Assembly (NCBI GenBank): GCA_017522915.1
Contig: JAFWXX010000044.1
Span: 1,363 to 65,362 of the forward strand
DNA from: Bacteroidaceae bacterium
Lineage (GTDB): Bacteria > Bacteroidota > Bacteroidia > Bacteroidales > Bacteroidaceae
DNA: 64,000 nucleotides
Reading direction: 5' to 3'
The position numbers and the translations under genes are program-made. The notes beneath the pieces are model-generated. The model worked only from the letters and a program-made list of their open reading frames with translations, was not told the origin of the DNA and did no database searches. Within the stretch, counting starts at the first letter, position 1, and every line of letters begins with the position of its first letter. Positions 36,523 through 44,870 of the stretch are shown piece after piece.

Positions 36523-38021
36523 AAATCTTTCCCACATCGGCAATCAGGGCTATAGATGCATATACAATCGAACATGAGCCTATATCCTCAATAGATCTTA
36601 TGGAGCGTGCTGCACGTGCCATTTTCCATGCTGTTCTGGAGCATTGCACCGAAACTCGCTTTGTTGTGTTCGCAGGCCCCGGAAACAATGGTGGGGACGG
36701 CCTTGCCGTGGCGCGTATGCTGCATAATGCCGGACGCGAAGTTGCGGTGTGGCTCATTAACCCTAAAGGCAAGCTCTCTCCCGACTGTGCGGTGAATCTT
36801 GAACGCTTGAAGGAGTGCGGAACAGTTGTCAATGAGGTGTGCAGTTCGTTTGAAATGCCTTCTGTCGGCAGTGATACGGTGATTGTCGATGCTCTCTTCG
36901 GCAGCGGGCTAAGCAAGCCGGTGGAGGAGGGGCTCTTTGCATCTGTAATTGAAGGCATAAACAGTGCGGAGTGCAAGGTGCTTGCCGTGGATATGCCGTC
37001 GGGGCTTCCCGGCGAGTGCGATGCTCTTGTTTCGGGTGTGGCTGTACGCGCAACATATACTTTTACATTGCAGTTTCCGAAGGTATCGCTTCTGATGCCC
37101 GAAAATGCATGTTATGCAGGTGAAGTGAGAATAATCGACATAGCACTCTCGAAAGAGGGAATGGAACAGACTCGAACTAATCTCTTTTTCCTTGATGAAA
37201 ACGACATAAAAGGGTTGCTCAAGCCACGATGGGGGCATGCCCATAAGGGGTGCTTCGGGCATGGACTGCTTGTCGCCGGTTCACGAGGAATGGCCGGAGC
37301 ATCAGTTCTTGCTGCGCGTGCTGCATTGCGTTCAGGCATGGGGCTGCTGACAGTTCATCTCCCTGCATGCAACAACTCTATTATGCAGATGGCAGTTCCC
37401 GAAGCCATGACAAGCATCGACAGCAACGGGGCCTGTTTCAGTGAACCGCCATGTACAGGAAAATACAATGCGGTGGCAGTAGGTCCGGGGCTGGGCACAA
37501 GCGAACTGAGCGAAAGGGCACTTCTTGCCCTAATCGATAACTGCCGTGTGCCAATGGTGGTCGATGCCGATGCTTTGAACATAATTGCACGTAACCCTCA
37601 TTATTTGTCACGCTTGCCTAAAGGGAGTATCATTACACCTCATCCGGGCGAGTTCGCAAGGCTGTTCGGCAAGGCAAGCAGGTACAGCTCCATAAATTCC
37701 GTGCGTTCCGTGGCTTGCGAGAGTGGTATTGCCATTGTGCTAAAGGGTGCATATACTGCAATAATAGCTCCTGATGGCAATGTATATTTCAATAGTACGG
37801 GCAATCCCGGAATGGCGACTGCCGGAAGCGGCGATGTCCTGTCTGGAGTGCTGCTTTCGCTTCTGGCGCAAGGTTACACGGCAAAGGATGCTGCACTTGC
37901 CGGCGTGTATCTTCATGGGCTTGCCGGTGACTATGCTGCAAGTGCTAAAGGAGTTGTCTCTATGGTTGCGGGTGATATCGTCGATTCTCTTTCTCAGGCC
38001 TTTGTCTCCTTAGGAAATTGA
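36519..38021 (+). CDS. nnr: bifunctional NAD(P)H-hydrate epimerase / ADP-dependent dehydratase
   Basis: 500 aa. N-terminal YjeF_N motif (GPGNNGGDGL). C-terminal carbohydrate-kinase-like motif (GNPGMATAGSGDVLSG). ATGA overlap with aroQ. Confidence 0.9.
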   Translation: MKIFPTSAIRAIDAYTIEHEPISSIDLMERAARAIFHAVLEHCTETRFVVFAGPGNNGGDGLAVARMLHNAGREVAVWLINPKGKLSPDCAVNLERLKECGTVVNEVCSSFEMPSVGSDTVIVDALFGSGLSKPVEEGLFASVIEGINSAECKVLAVDMPSGLPGECDALVSGVAVRATYTFTLQFPKVSLLMPENACYAGEVRIIDIALSKEGMEQTRTNLFFLDENDIKGLLKPRWGHAHKGCFGHGLLVAGSRGMAGASVLAARAALRSGMGLLTVHLPACNNSIMQMAVPEAMTSIDSNGACFSEPPCTGKYNAVAVGPGLGTSELSERALLALIDNCRVPMVVDADALNIIARNPHYLSRLPKGSIITPHPGEFARLFGKASRYSSINSVRSVACESGIAIVLKGAYTAIIAPDGNVYFNSTGNPGMATAGSGDVLSGVLLSLLAQGYTAKDAALAGVYLHGLAGDYAASAKGVVSMVAGDIVDSLSQAFVSLGN

Positions 38022-38102
38022 AGTTAACTTTTGTTGCCGATGTAATAACCGGCGGAAATGCGCGTTAAAGAAAGAAACAGTTAATAAGAATCTGATTATT
38101 GT

Positions 38103-38627
38103 ATGAAGAATATCATTTTGACAGCAATGTTTGCAACGGTGCTGCTTGTCTTTGCCGGTTGCAGTGAGGAGAATCCGTTTTCGGGGTATAATGCCCATTT
38201 TGTCTTTGACGGTACCATACACCCATATAATCAGGCACGTAGTTTCGGACAGTATATATGTGTAAGGCGCGGTGCCAACATCGGTGAGTACAGGCTTACC
38301 GACGCAATGGGAAATACAACCGTCGAACGTGTGCCGGAGATTTATCTTCAGCAAGGTGTGTTCCATTACGGGTTGGGCGGCCTTATTATAGGCACTCCGT
38401 CGGCATATGGCGAAGGTGCGTTGATGGTATATGATTGGGCATGCCCTAACTGCGAACTTGAGAAGTACAGAGTGAGCATAGATTATGTAATGGGGTATGC
38501 GACATGCTCAAAATGCGGTGTCAAGTTCGACCTCAACAGCGGCGGAATAGCCATCGAAGGAAAGTCGTCACCGCTTATGCGATACCGTGTAATAGATAAT
38601 GGCTCAACGGTAATTGTGCAAAATTAA
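38103..38627 (+). CDS. hypothetical lipoprotein with CxxC...CxxC zinc-ribbon-like motif
   Basis: Lipobox LVFAGC. CPNC-x17-CSKC near the C-terminus. Confidence 0.6.
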   Translation: MKNIILTAMFATVLLVFAGCSEENPFSGYNAHFVFDGTIHPYNQARSFGQYICVRRGANIGEYRLTDAMGNTTVERVPEIYLQQGVFHYGLGGLIIGTPSAYGEGALMVYDWACPNCELEKYRVSIDYVMGYATCSKCGVKFDLNSGGIAIEGKSSPLMRYRVIDNGSTVIVQN

Positions 38628-38660
38628 GGTGCTGCATTTTGCAATTCTCTTCAAATATCT

Positions 38661-38668
38661 TATATTTG
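38661..38668 (+). promoter_or_regulatory. -7 promoter box (TAnnTTTG) for tRNA-Leu
   Basis: TATATTTG 36 nt upstream of the mature tRNA 5' end. Confidence 0.5.
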
Positions 38669-38704
38669 CAACCGCTATCGCCATGCGACAGCACACATAA
38701 GGTC

Positions 38705-38790
38705 GCTCGAATGGTGGAATCGGTAGACACGAAGGACTTAAAATCCTTTGGCATTTAAACGCCGTGCGGGTTCAAGTCCCGCTTCGAGTA
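38705..38790 (+). tRNA. tRNA-Leu (anticodon UAA), class II with long variable arm; CCA not encoded
   Basis: Cloverleaf by hand: acceptor GCTCGAA/TTCGAGT (G1-U72), D arm GTGG-AATCGGTAG-ACAC, anticodon arm AAGGA-CTTAAAA-TCCTT, 17-nt variable arm, T arm GCGGG-TTCAAGT-CCCGC. Near-identical architecture to E. coli tRNA-Leu(UAA). Confidence 0.93.
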
Positions 38791-38797
38791 CTGGATG

Positions 38798-38833
38798 ATG
38801 CCAACAGCCTATACTGGCCGTTGGCATTTTTTT
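38798..38833 (+). terminator. Rho-independent terminator after tRNA-Leu
   Basis: ATGCCAACAGCC/GGCCGTTGGCAT 12-bp stem (one mismatch), 6-nt loop, then a T7 run. Confidence 0.8.
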
Positions 38834-39057
38834 GTGTTCCCTGGTGAGCAAGGTTTATGCATAGAACAGCTTGATGTTGAAGATGTGGGTTTTGCAGGTG
38901 ACTCGTTCTGCAATGTCTTTTTTATGTGAAAAATAGCAAAAAAGCGACATTTTATTAGAAAAGAGTATTTTTTGACGGAATTTTGGATTATATTCGCAAA
39001 ATAATTCTGTGTGCAAAACTGATAATTTTGATATTAATCTAATAATAATTAAAAACT

Positions 39058-40677
39058 ATGCTTATGAAAAAATTTACACTTTTATTTTTATCAATGTTCT
39101 GCATGCTGGGCGCAGCCGTGGCACAGGATAAAGACGATGAAGCATTTGCATTGCAGTACACATCACCCCAAAATGGTGCGTCCGTTTTCAGCGTAAACTT
39201 CATCCAGCTTGGATTCAACAAGGATGTAACAGTTACACTCCCGGAGGGTGGCATTGAGGTAAAGAACACCGAAACAGGCGAAGGCCTTAAACTTACACGT
39301 GTTTACGAAGACCCTTATATGTCAAAAAATATGGTAACGCTCATGTTTGAGCAGAGAACCGTGATTGACGAAAAGGACGGAAAGGAAAAATTGGAAGATA
39401 TGTACATCAATACTCCCGGCACATACAGCTACACAATCCCGGCCGGTGTAATTACAAGTGTTGACAACGAGGTATTCCCCGAGCAGACATTTACATTTAC
39501 CATTGCCAAACCATTGGCCATAGAAAGTGTCTCACCGAACAGTCCTACAACACAACTTGACAAAATTGTCTTCACATTCAGCACACCTGTTGCAGAGGTT
39601 AAGATACCCGAAAGCGGAATGTACATTGTTGACAACTATTGGACCCCTGTAGTTAAAATCAAGGATGACGCAATCATCAGCGAGGACAAGAAGAGTGTCA
39701 CTCTGGAGCTTGAGACACCGATAACCAACCCCGGCAGCTACAATCTGGATGTCTATGAGGGCATCTTTGTAGGCGAAGATGGCGGAATAAATGAATCCAG
39801 AAGTTACCAATTCCAGATTATTGACACAGCTCCATCTTTCTCTCTCAACTATAATGAGGGCGAGAAGGTTAAAGAGCTCGGCAATCTTGAAATCACATTC
39901 AAGAACGTGAATAAGGTTGAGCTTGTTGAAGGTGCAGACCCAATTATTGTTTACATCCCCGGCGACAGTGAGATTGAGGGTACAGCAACATTGTCAGGTA
40001 ACAAGATTACCGTATCATTCGGTGAGCTCACAGAAGAAGGTGTATATACATATGTTATCCCCGCAGGTTTCTTCACTATGGACGGTGTTGAGAATGAAGA
40101 ACGTTCGGTAAGCGTAGAGCTCTACACATTTGCGATCACTGCGCTTGAAGTGGTATCAGTCACTCCAGTAGAGGGCAACGTTGCACAGATTGACAAGATT
40201 ATCATCGAGTTCAACCAGAGTGTAACACTTTCATTGGACGAGAACTGGCAACAGATTTCACGTGAGATAGTATTGAAGGGTGAAGACAAGGATTATACCT
40301 TGACCTATAACTCAATGTCAAATCTTGGCAGTACAATTGAATATCTTGTAAATGCAACGTGGACTGGTTGGGAATATACTTCAACTCCAATTACAGATAA
40401 CGGCAAATATACACTCGACCTTTCACAGATTATCGTTGACCATGCTGTTGAGGATTATATTGATGAGTGGGGTTATCCTGCCAAAAGGTGGCACAGCAAG
40501 AATCAGGTTTGCTCAGGTTCTAAAGCATGGACTATCGTCAATGACGGTACCGGCATTGACGAGGTGATAGGTGAAAACGGAAATGTCAAAGCTATTTACG
40601 ACTTGACCGGAAGAAAAGTAGAAGTTCCAACAAAGGGAATATACATTATCGACGGCAAAAAGGTTTTTGTAAAGTAA
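39058..40677 (+). CDS. secreted protein with four Ig-like (SbsA/Big-type) repeats and T9SS C-terminal sorting domain
   Basis: Signal peptide ending AVAQ. ~100-aa repeats begin SPQNGASV, VSPNSPTTQLDKIVFTF, LGNLEITFKN, VTPVEGNVAQIDKIIIEF. C-terminus is IYDLTGRKVEVPTKGIYIIDGKKVFVK. Confidence 0.7.
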   Translation: MLMKKFTLLFLSMFCMLGAAVAQDKDDEAFALQYTSPQNGASVFSVNFIQLGFNKDVTVTLPEGGIEVKNTETGEGLKLTRVYEDPYMSKNMVTLMFEQRTVIDEKDGKEKLEDMYINTPGTYSYTIPAGVITSVDNEVFPEQTFTFTIAKPLAIESVSPNSPTTQLDKIVFTFSTPVAEVKIPESGMYIVDNYWTPVVKIKDDAIISEDKKSVTLELETPITNPGSYNLDVYEGIFVGEDGGINESRSYQFQIIDTAPSFSLNYNEGEKVKELGNLEITFKNVNKVELVEGADPIIVYIPGDSEIEGTATLSGNKITVSFGELTEEGVYTYVIPAGFFTMDGVENEERSVSVELYTFAITALEVVSVTPVEGNVAQIDKIIIEFNQSVTLSLDENWQQISREIVLKGEDKDYTLTYNSMSNLGSTIEYLVNATWTGWEYTSTPITDNGKYTLDLSQIIVDHAVEDYIDEWGYPAKRWHSKNQVCSGSKAWTIVNDGTGIDEVIGENGNVKAIYDLTGRKVEVPTKGIYIIDGKKVFVK

Positions 40678-40714
40678 TTGCGTAGATAGTTCAGATAACT
40701 AAACAAGCACAATA

Positions 40715-40751
40715 AATGGGCGAGGAAAAAATCCTCGCCCATTGTTGTTTT
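40715..40751 (+). terminator. Rho-independent terminator
   Basis: AATGGGCGAGGA/TCCTCGCCCATT perfect 12-bp stem, A5 loop, then GTTGTTTT. Confidence 0.8.
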
Positions 40752-40777
40752 CATAGGCTATTAATGCCGATTGTATG

Positions 40778-40826
40778 TTAACCGGAGTTCGATATAACAG
40801 ATTATATTAACCTGAGTTCGATATAA
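40778..40826 (+). repeat. two 20-nt direct repeats TTAACCNGAGTTCGATATAA, period 29 nt
   Basis: Copies at 40778-40797 and 40807-40826 with one mismatch. A partial third copy, ACGGAGTTCG, lies at 40875-40884. Confidence 0.7.
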
Positions 40827-40990
40827 AATTTTCGCTATAAATTGGTGTGTTTGTATAGTGTTTGTCATCTTGAAACGGAGTTCGCCGCCCAAAGGGGCCA
40901 AAGGCAACGTATGTGAGAGATCTCTTTTTTTGCAATGTTTTTGAGATTTCTCACATCTGTTCGAAATGACAAGTACACGATTATATTTCC

Positions 40991-41304
40991 CCTTGACAAC
41001 ACCGCCTTTCGCAACCCAAACGGCATAACCTACGGCTATGCTACGTTTGACCTGTTGCTGCAAAACTCGTCGATAACAAAACAAAGGGGTCATTGACTCG
41101 TTTTGCCTTTCGTGCACCGCAAGGCATCACTTTCAGCGATGCTGCCTGCAACGTTCACTGCAAAACTCGTCTATAACAAAACCATGTTTTGTCATTCTAT
41201 ATTTGCACTGTCATTGACTCGTTTTGCTTTTCGTGCACCGCAGGGCATCACTTCCAGCGATGCTGCCTGCGACGTTCACTGCAAAACTTGTCGATAACAA
41301 AACC
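40991..41304 (+). repeat. three tandem 93-nt hairpin-forming units (40991-41083, 41091-41183, 41212-41304)
   Basis: Units 2 and 3 differ at 6 of 93 positions. Unit 1 is diverged but colinear. Each has an apical 5-bp stem with a 9-nt loop AC.T.C.GC and ends TGCAAAACTYGTCNATAACAAAAC. Confidence 0.85.
41198..41205 (+). promoter_or_regulatory. -7 promoter box (TAnnTTTG) immediately upstream of repeat unit 3
   Basis: TATATTTG (the same octamer as the tRNA-Leu promoter) ends 6 nt before the unit 3 start at 41212. Confidence 0.45.
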
Positions 41305-41376
41305 GCGAACAGAGATTTTTCCGGGCAAGCCCTCAACAACACGTCTCCGTTGCTATGCTCTGTATAGTACAGATGT

Positions 41377-41407
41377 AAAAAAAGGACGGTTATGCCGTCC
41401 TTTTTTT
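41377..41407. terminator. bidirectional terminator (A7-stem-loop-T7)
   Basis: AAAAAAAGGACGG-TTATG-CCGTCCTTTTTTT, 19 nt beyond the stop of the minus-strand operon (41426). Confidence 0.85.
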
Positions 41408-41425
41408 ACATATATATAACCCTTG

Positions 41426-42589
41426 TTACTCTTCTTGGTCAAGGTAGTAGAGGTCGCCCGACATAATCTGCTTGACGCGCATAATCACCTCGTTGTTCTC
41501 TAAGTTGAGCGATACTGCACGTCCTTCCGGCTCAATGAGAACAATTTTTGGAGTGCTCTCTACCTTGTACAGTTTTGCTGCAGGTGATTCTGCTCCGGTA
41601 GCATCGCATGCGTGTATCCAGCCTTCGAGGTCTGTACCGTTGCTCTTGACTGTCTCTTTCCATGCAGCTGCATTGCTGTCAAGAGCAAAACTTACAATTA
41701 CAAACTGGCCGTTGCTGCTCTTGATGGTTTCGTACAGTTCCTTCATTATAGCAAGCATAGCCGGAGATTTCTCGCAACCGCTTGCCCAGAAGTTAAGCAC
41801 TACATATTTGCCACGGTAGTCACTCAAGCGTTTCTTCTCGCCACTGAGCAGTGGCAGTGTAATGTCAGGCACTTCGTTGCCGACCTTCATGCTGTTCGAA
41901 AGCACTTTGTTGCGCAATGACAGGTAGTAGGGGTGGTTTCCCAATGACACAGCTATTGCTTTTGTCATCTGGTCGGCATAGCCTTCGCTGAGATTCGGCA
42001 GCAATGTATGTTCAATCTCAAACGGTGTCATCGGAGAAGAGTTATGGTTTATAAGGAACCTTATGGCCTCAGCCTCTGTCTTAATGGCCTCTCTTGCCTT
42101 AATGCTCTTTACTGTACTCTTGCCTTCACTGCTCTGCAGCCAATCGCTTCCATTAGCTGCTGCAAGAGCTTCTGTCTGTGTATCGACTCTTTTTTGCCCG
42201 GCATCTCTGATTGCCATGTATTCTGCGTATGCATCATTGGTCGGGGTGCCTGTAACAGTGCTCTCTTCCGGTGCTTCGGCAGAGACTGTGTTTACATTGA
42301 CCTCGCCTGGTTCTACAAACAGCCTGATGCCTTTTTCGCCTATTCCTTTTATGGTGTATAGCATCACCGGCTCACCGGCTGCAATTTCATGTGTGAAAAG
42401 ATACTTTCCCTTTTTCACTTTCGATACGGCAACTTCTCTTTCCTGGCCGAACTCATCGGCGATTACAAGGCTGACTTTCTTTATTTTCTTGCCGTCTGCA
42501 ATGTTGCCGTTTATTATGCATGTTCCTTGTGCACCGGCCGAAATGCAGGATGCAACAACTATTATTGCCGAAAATAATCTCTTTAGCAT
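41426..42589 (-). CDS. TlpA/AhpC-TSA-like thioredoxin-fold protein with DUF4369-like N-terminal domain; active site degenerate (CEKS)
   Basis: Start chosen at MLKRLFSAIIVVASCISAGAQG (ATG 42589). The Trx motif reads NFWASGCEKSP where paralogs have FWASWC(G/A)PC. The cis-Pro region STPKIVLIEPEG is retained. Confidence 0.75.
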   Translation of the reverse strand: MLKRLFSAIIVVASCISAGAQGTCIINGNIADGKKIKKVSLVIADEFGQEREVAVSKVKKGKYLFTHEIAAGEPVMLYTIKGIGEKGIRLFVEPGEVNVNTVSAEAPEESTVTGTPTNDAYAEYMAIRDAGQKRVDTQTEALAAANGSDWLQSSEGKSTVKSIKAREAIKTEAEAIRFLINHNSSPMTPFEIEHTLLPNLSEGYADQMTKAIAVSLGNHPYYLSLRNKVLSNSMKVGNEVPDITLPLLSGEKKRLSDYRGKYVVLNFWASGCEKSPAMLAIMKELYETIKSSNGQFVIVSFALDSNAAAWKETVKSNGTDLEGWIHACDATGAESPAAKLYKVESTPKIVLIEPEGRAVSLNLENNEVIMRVKQIMSGDLYYLDQEE

Positions 42590-42602
42590 AACTATAATCT
42601 TT

Positions 42603-43754
42603 TTATTTGTCTGCACCGTCAACGATGCCTTTCAGTTTCTTTACCATCTCTTCGCCTCTGAGGCCGAACTCTAAGACATTACCGTCCGGGTCTATGAGTG
42701 CAGTGAACGGCACGCCTTTTACGTTGAAGAACTTTATTCCCTCACTGTTCCACCCCTTAAGCGTTGATATGTGTATCCAGTTCTTGTGTGTAAGCTGGTT
42801 CTTTGCAATGCAGTTTACCCAGTCGTCCATCTCGCTGTCTATCGAATAGCTCAGGACAACAAGGTTTTCGCAGTTTTCGGAATACGCAAGTGCTTCTTTA
42901 AGGAACGGTATCTCGCGGCGGCATGGTGCGCACCAGCTTGCCCAGAAGTCTATGAATACATACTTGCCCTTGAAATCGGAAAGTGAAAGCTCTTTGCCGT
43001 CGGGGGTGCGTCCGCTTATGTCAGGAGCAGGAGAGCCCTCCTTGAGGTTGGCCGAACGAATTTCGTTGACCAGCTCCTTGTACATTGTCTCTCTATGCAG
43101 TTCCTGCGGTATGGCATCAAGGAACTCCTGGATTTTGTCGGTGGTGAACATAGGGAGCATGGCATATTTAATTATATACAGCACTACCGGTGAGTCGATA
43201 TGCCGGTATATGAAGTCCATGATAGCTACCTTGAAGTGCATGTTGTTCACATAGAAAGTAGGTGATGTGTACTTCATCTCTGCTTCGGGCTTGCCCTTGA
43301 TTTCATCGGGAATGGTCTCGTATGCAGCTTTCATGCGTGCCTTGCTCTCATTGATGCATCTGTTGTTCAGGTCGATATATGCCTGATTGATATCATTGCA
43401 TGGAGTACCGCCAGTTTTGGCTGCTACCGGGTATGCTGCATCGAACGGGCCGACAACAATCTCGCCTTCTTCAAGGAATAACTGTATAGCTCCGTTGTCG
43501 AAGCCTGTTATGTTGCACAGCGTAAGCTCTTCTGGGGCAGTGCCCTCGAAAGTAAATTTGCCTTCCTTGACAGGTGAAGTTGCTATCACGGTCTGTACAC
43601 CGTCAACAAGCAACTCAAGCCTGACTTCCTTGACAGAATCATTGCTGTAACATAGCTTGTTGCTGACCATTTCGCCCTTTATGACGAATTTTCTCTCTTG
43701 TGCAGTGCCGAGTGCTGCAAAGGTCAGCAATGTCAATACTAATAACTTTCTCAT
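42603..43754 (-). CDS. TlpA-like thiol-disulfide oxidoreductase with DUF4369-like N-terminal domain
   Basis: 383 aa. Signal peptide. DFWASWCAPCRREIP active site. Confidence 0.8.
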   Translation of the reverse strand: MRKLLVLTLLTFAALGTAQERKFVIKGEMVSNKLCYSNDSVKEVRLELLVDGVQTVIATSPVKEGKFTFEGTAPEELTLCNITGFDNGAIQLFLEEGEIVVGPFDAAYPVAAKTGGTPCNDINQAYIDLNNRCINESKARMKAAYETIPDEIKGKPEAEMKYTSPTFYVNNMHFKVAIMDFIYRHIDSPVVLYIIKYAMLPMFTTDKIQEFLDAIPQELHRETMYKELVNEIRSANLKEGSPAPDISGRTPDGKELSLSDFKGKYVFIDFWASWCAPCRREIPFLKEALAYSENCENLVVLSYSIDSEMDDWVNCIAKNQLTHKNWIHISTLKGWNSEGIKFFNVKGVPFTALIDPDGNVLEFGLRGEEMVKKLKGIVDGADK

Positions 43755-43765
43755 TGTGTATGGTT

Positions 43766-44866
43766 TTAATTTAGGTTCTCCTGCAGGAATGCTCTCAACT
43801 GTTCACCGCGAAGCCCTGTTGCTATTATCCTGTTGTTTTCGTTGAGTATGAAAAGCGACGGTACTCCGCTTACGTTGTAGAGGCGTATTGTCTCGCATTC
43901 CCATCCTTTTAGTGAAGATACGTTTATCCATCCCAGTCCATCTTTCTCAATGGCCTTTTCCCAAGCACCTTTGCTGGTATCGAGCGAGACGCCGATAATC
44001 TCCAGGCCCTTTTCGTGAAACTCCTCATAGAGCTTCTTGAGTGCAGGGTTGTTTAAGCGGCACGGTCCGCACCAGCTTGCCCAGAAATCAATAATCTTAA
44101 TCTTGCCCTTTACACTGCTCATCGTTACCTGGTTGCCGTTGATGTCGGGGAGTGTAAAGTCCGGTGCATCGGCACCTTGGTCTGTCTTCTCCATGCGTTC
44201 TATACGCTCCTTTATTATGCGTCCGAACTGAGAGGTCTTGGCACCGTCTCCCAAAGCGGCATACATGCTACGTGTCTCCTTGAGACCTGCGTCGCGCATT
44301 AAGATGTTGGAATATACGGTATATGCCGTTATAATGTTGTCGTTGTTGCCGAGGAAACTGTCGGTAATTTCACGCAACTTTTCCTGCTCGCGCTGCAGGG
44401 TATCGTTCACAAGGCTTGCACTGCGCAGTTTCTTTGCTTTGCGCATCGCATCGTAGCGTTCCTGCAGTCCCGATATGACAGCACGTATCGAGTCGGAAAC
44501 TCTCATGTGGGCTGTGTAGCTGTCATTGAGGCTGCCGCCTCTGATGTAGTAGCTCTCATCCTCGCTGAGGCATGCACTGTATGTCACTCCGGGCTCTGCA
44601 AACAGCGTGAATCCGCCTGAGAAACCTTCTACTACAAGCTGTGCGACAACAGGCTCCTCTGTATTAGCCTTTAACTGGAACTTGCCTTTCTTGAAGTCGC
44701 AGAATCCGAGTGTGTCGCTCTTCTCTTCCGATGAGCGTGCAAGCAAGTAGAGACGGCCTTTTTCTATACCCTCAATCTTTCCTTTTATGCTTATTTCACC
44801 TCTTTGGGCTACTGATGAGATTGCACTGCATATTATCAGCAGTGCCAGTAAAGCGGTTTTCTTCAT
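43766..44866 (-). CDS. TlpA-like thiol-disulfide oxidoreductase with DUF4369-like N-terminal domain
   Basis: Start chosen at MKKTALLALLIICSAISSVAQ (ATG 44866, 4 nt after the upstream stop). DFWASWCGPCRLNNP active site. Confidence 0.8.
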   Translation of the reverse strand: MKKTALLALLIICSAISSVAQRGEISIKGKIEGIEKGRLYLLARSSEEKSDTLGFCDFKKGKFQLKANTEEPVVAQLVVEGFSGGFTLFAEPGVTYSACLSEDESYYIRGGSLNDSYTAHMRVSDSIRAVISGLQERYDAMRKAKKLRSASLVNDTLQREQEKLREITDSFLGNNDNIITAYTVYSNILMRDAGLKETRSMYAALGDGAKTSQFGRIIKERIERMEKTDQGADAPDFTLPDINGNQVTMSSVKGKIKIIDFWASWCGPCRLNNPALKKLYEEFHEKGLEIIGVSLDTSKGAWEKAIEKDGLGWINVSSLKGWECETIRLYNVSGVPSLFILNENNRIIATGLRGEQLRAFLQENLN

Positions 44867-44870
44867 GTTT

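Noticed and set aside
40991-41304. The tandem repeats as a CRISPR array or integron attC sites.
   Set aside because: - The units are 93 nt with 7- and 28-nt spacers, whereas CRISPR has 25-50-nt repeats with similar-sized unique spacers. Repeat identity also decays, and no cas genes are present.
- For attC: there are no cassettes between units, no GTTRRRY / RYYYAAC core pair and no intI.
40761-41419. ORFs in the repeat region: 118 aa on the minus strand at 40761-41117, and 64 aa and 76 aa on the plus strand at 41103-41297 and 41189-41419.
   Set aside because: They are generated by the repeat units themselves (the same peptide is repeated). They have Cys/Arg-rich implausible sequences, non-ATG or context-free starts, and overlap one another.
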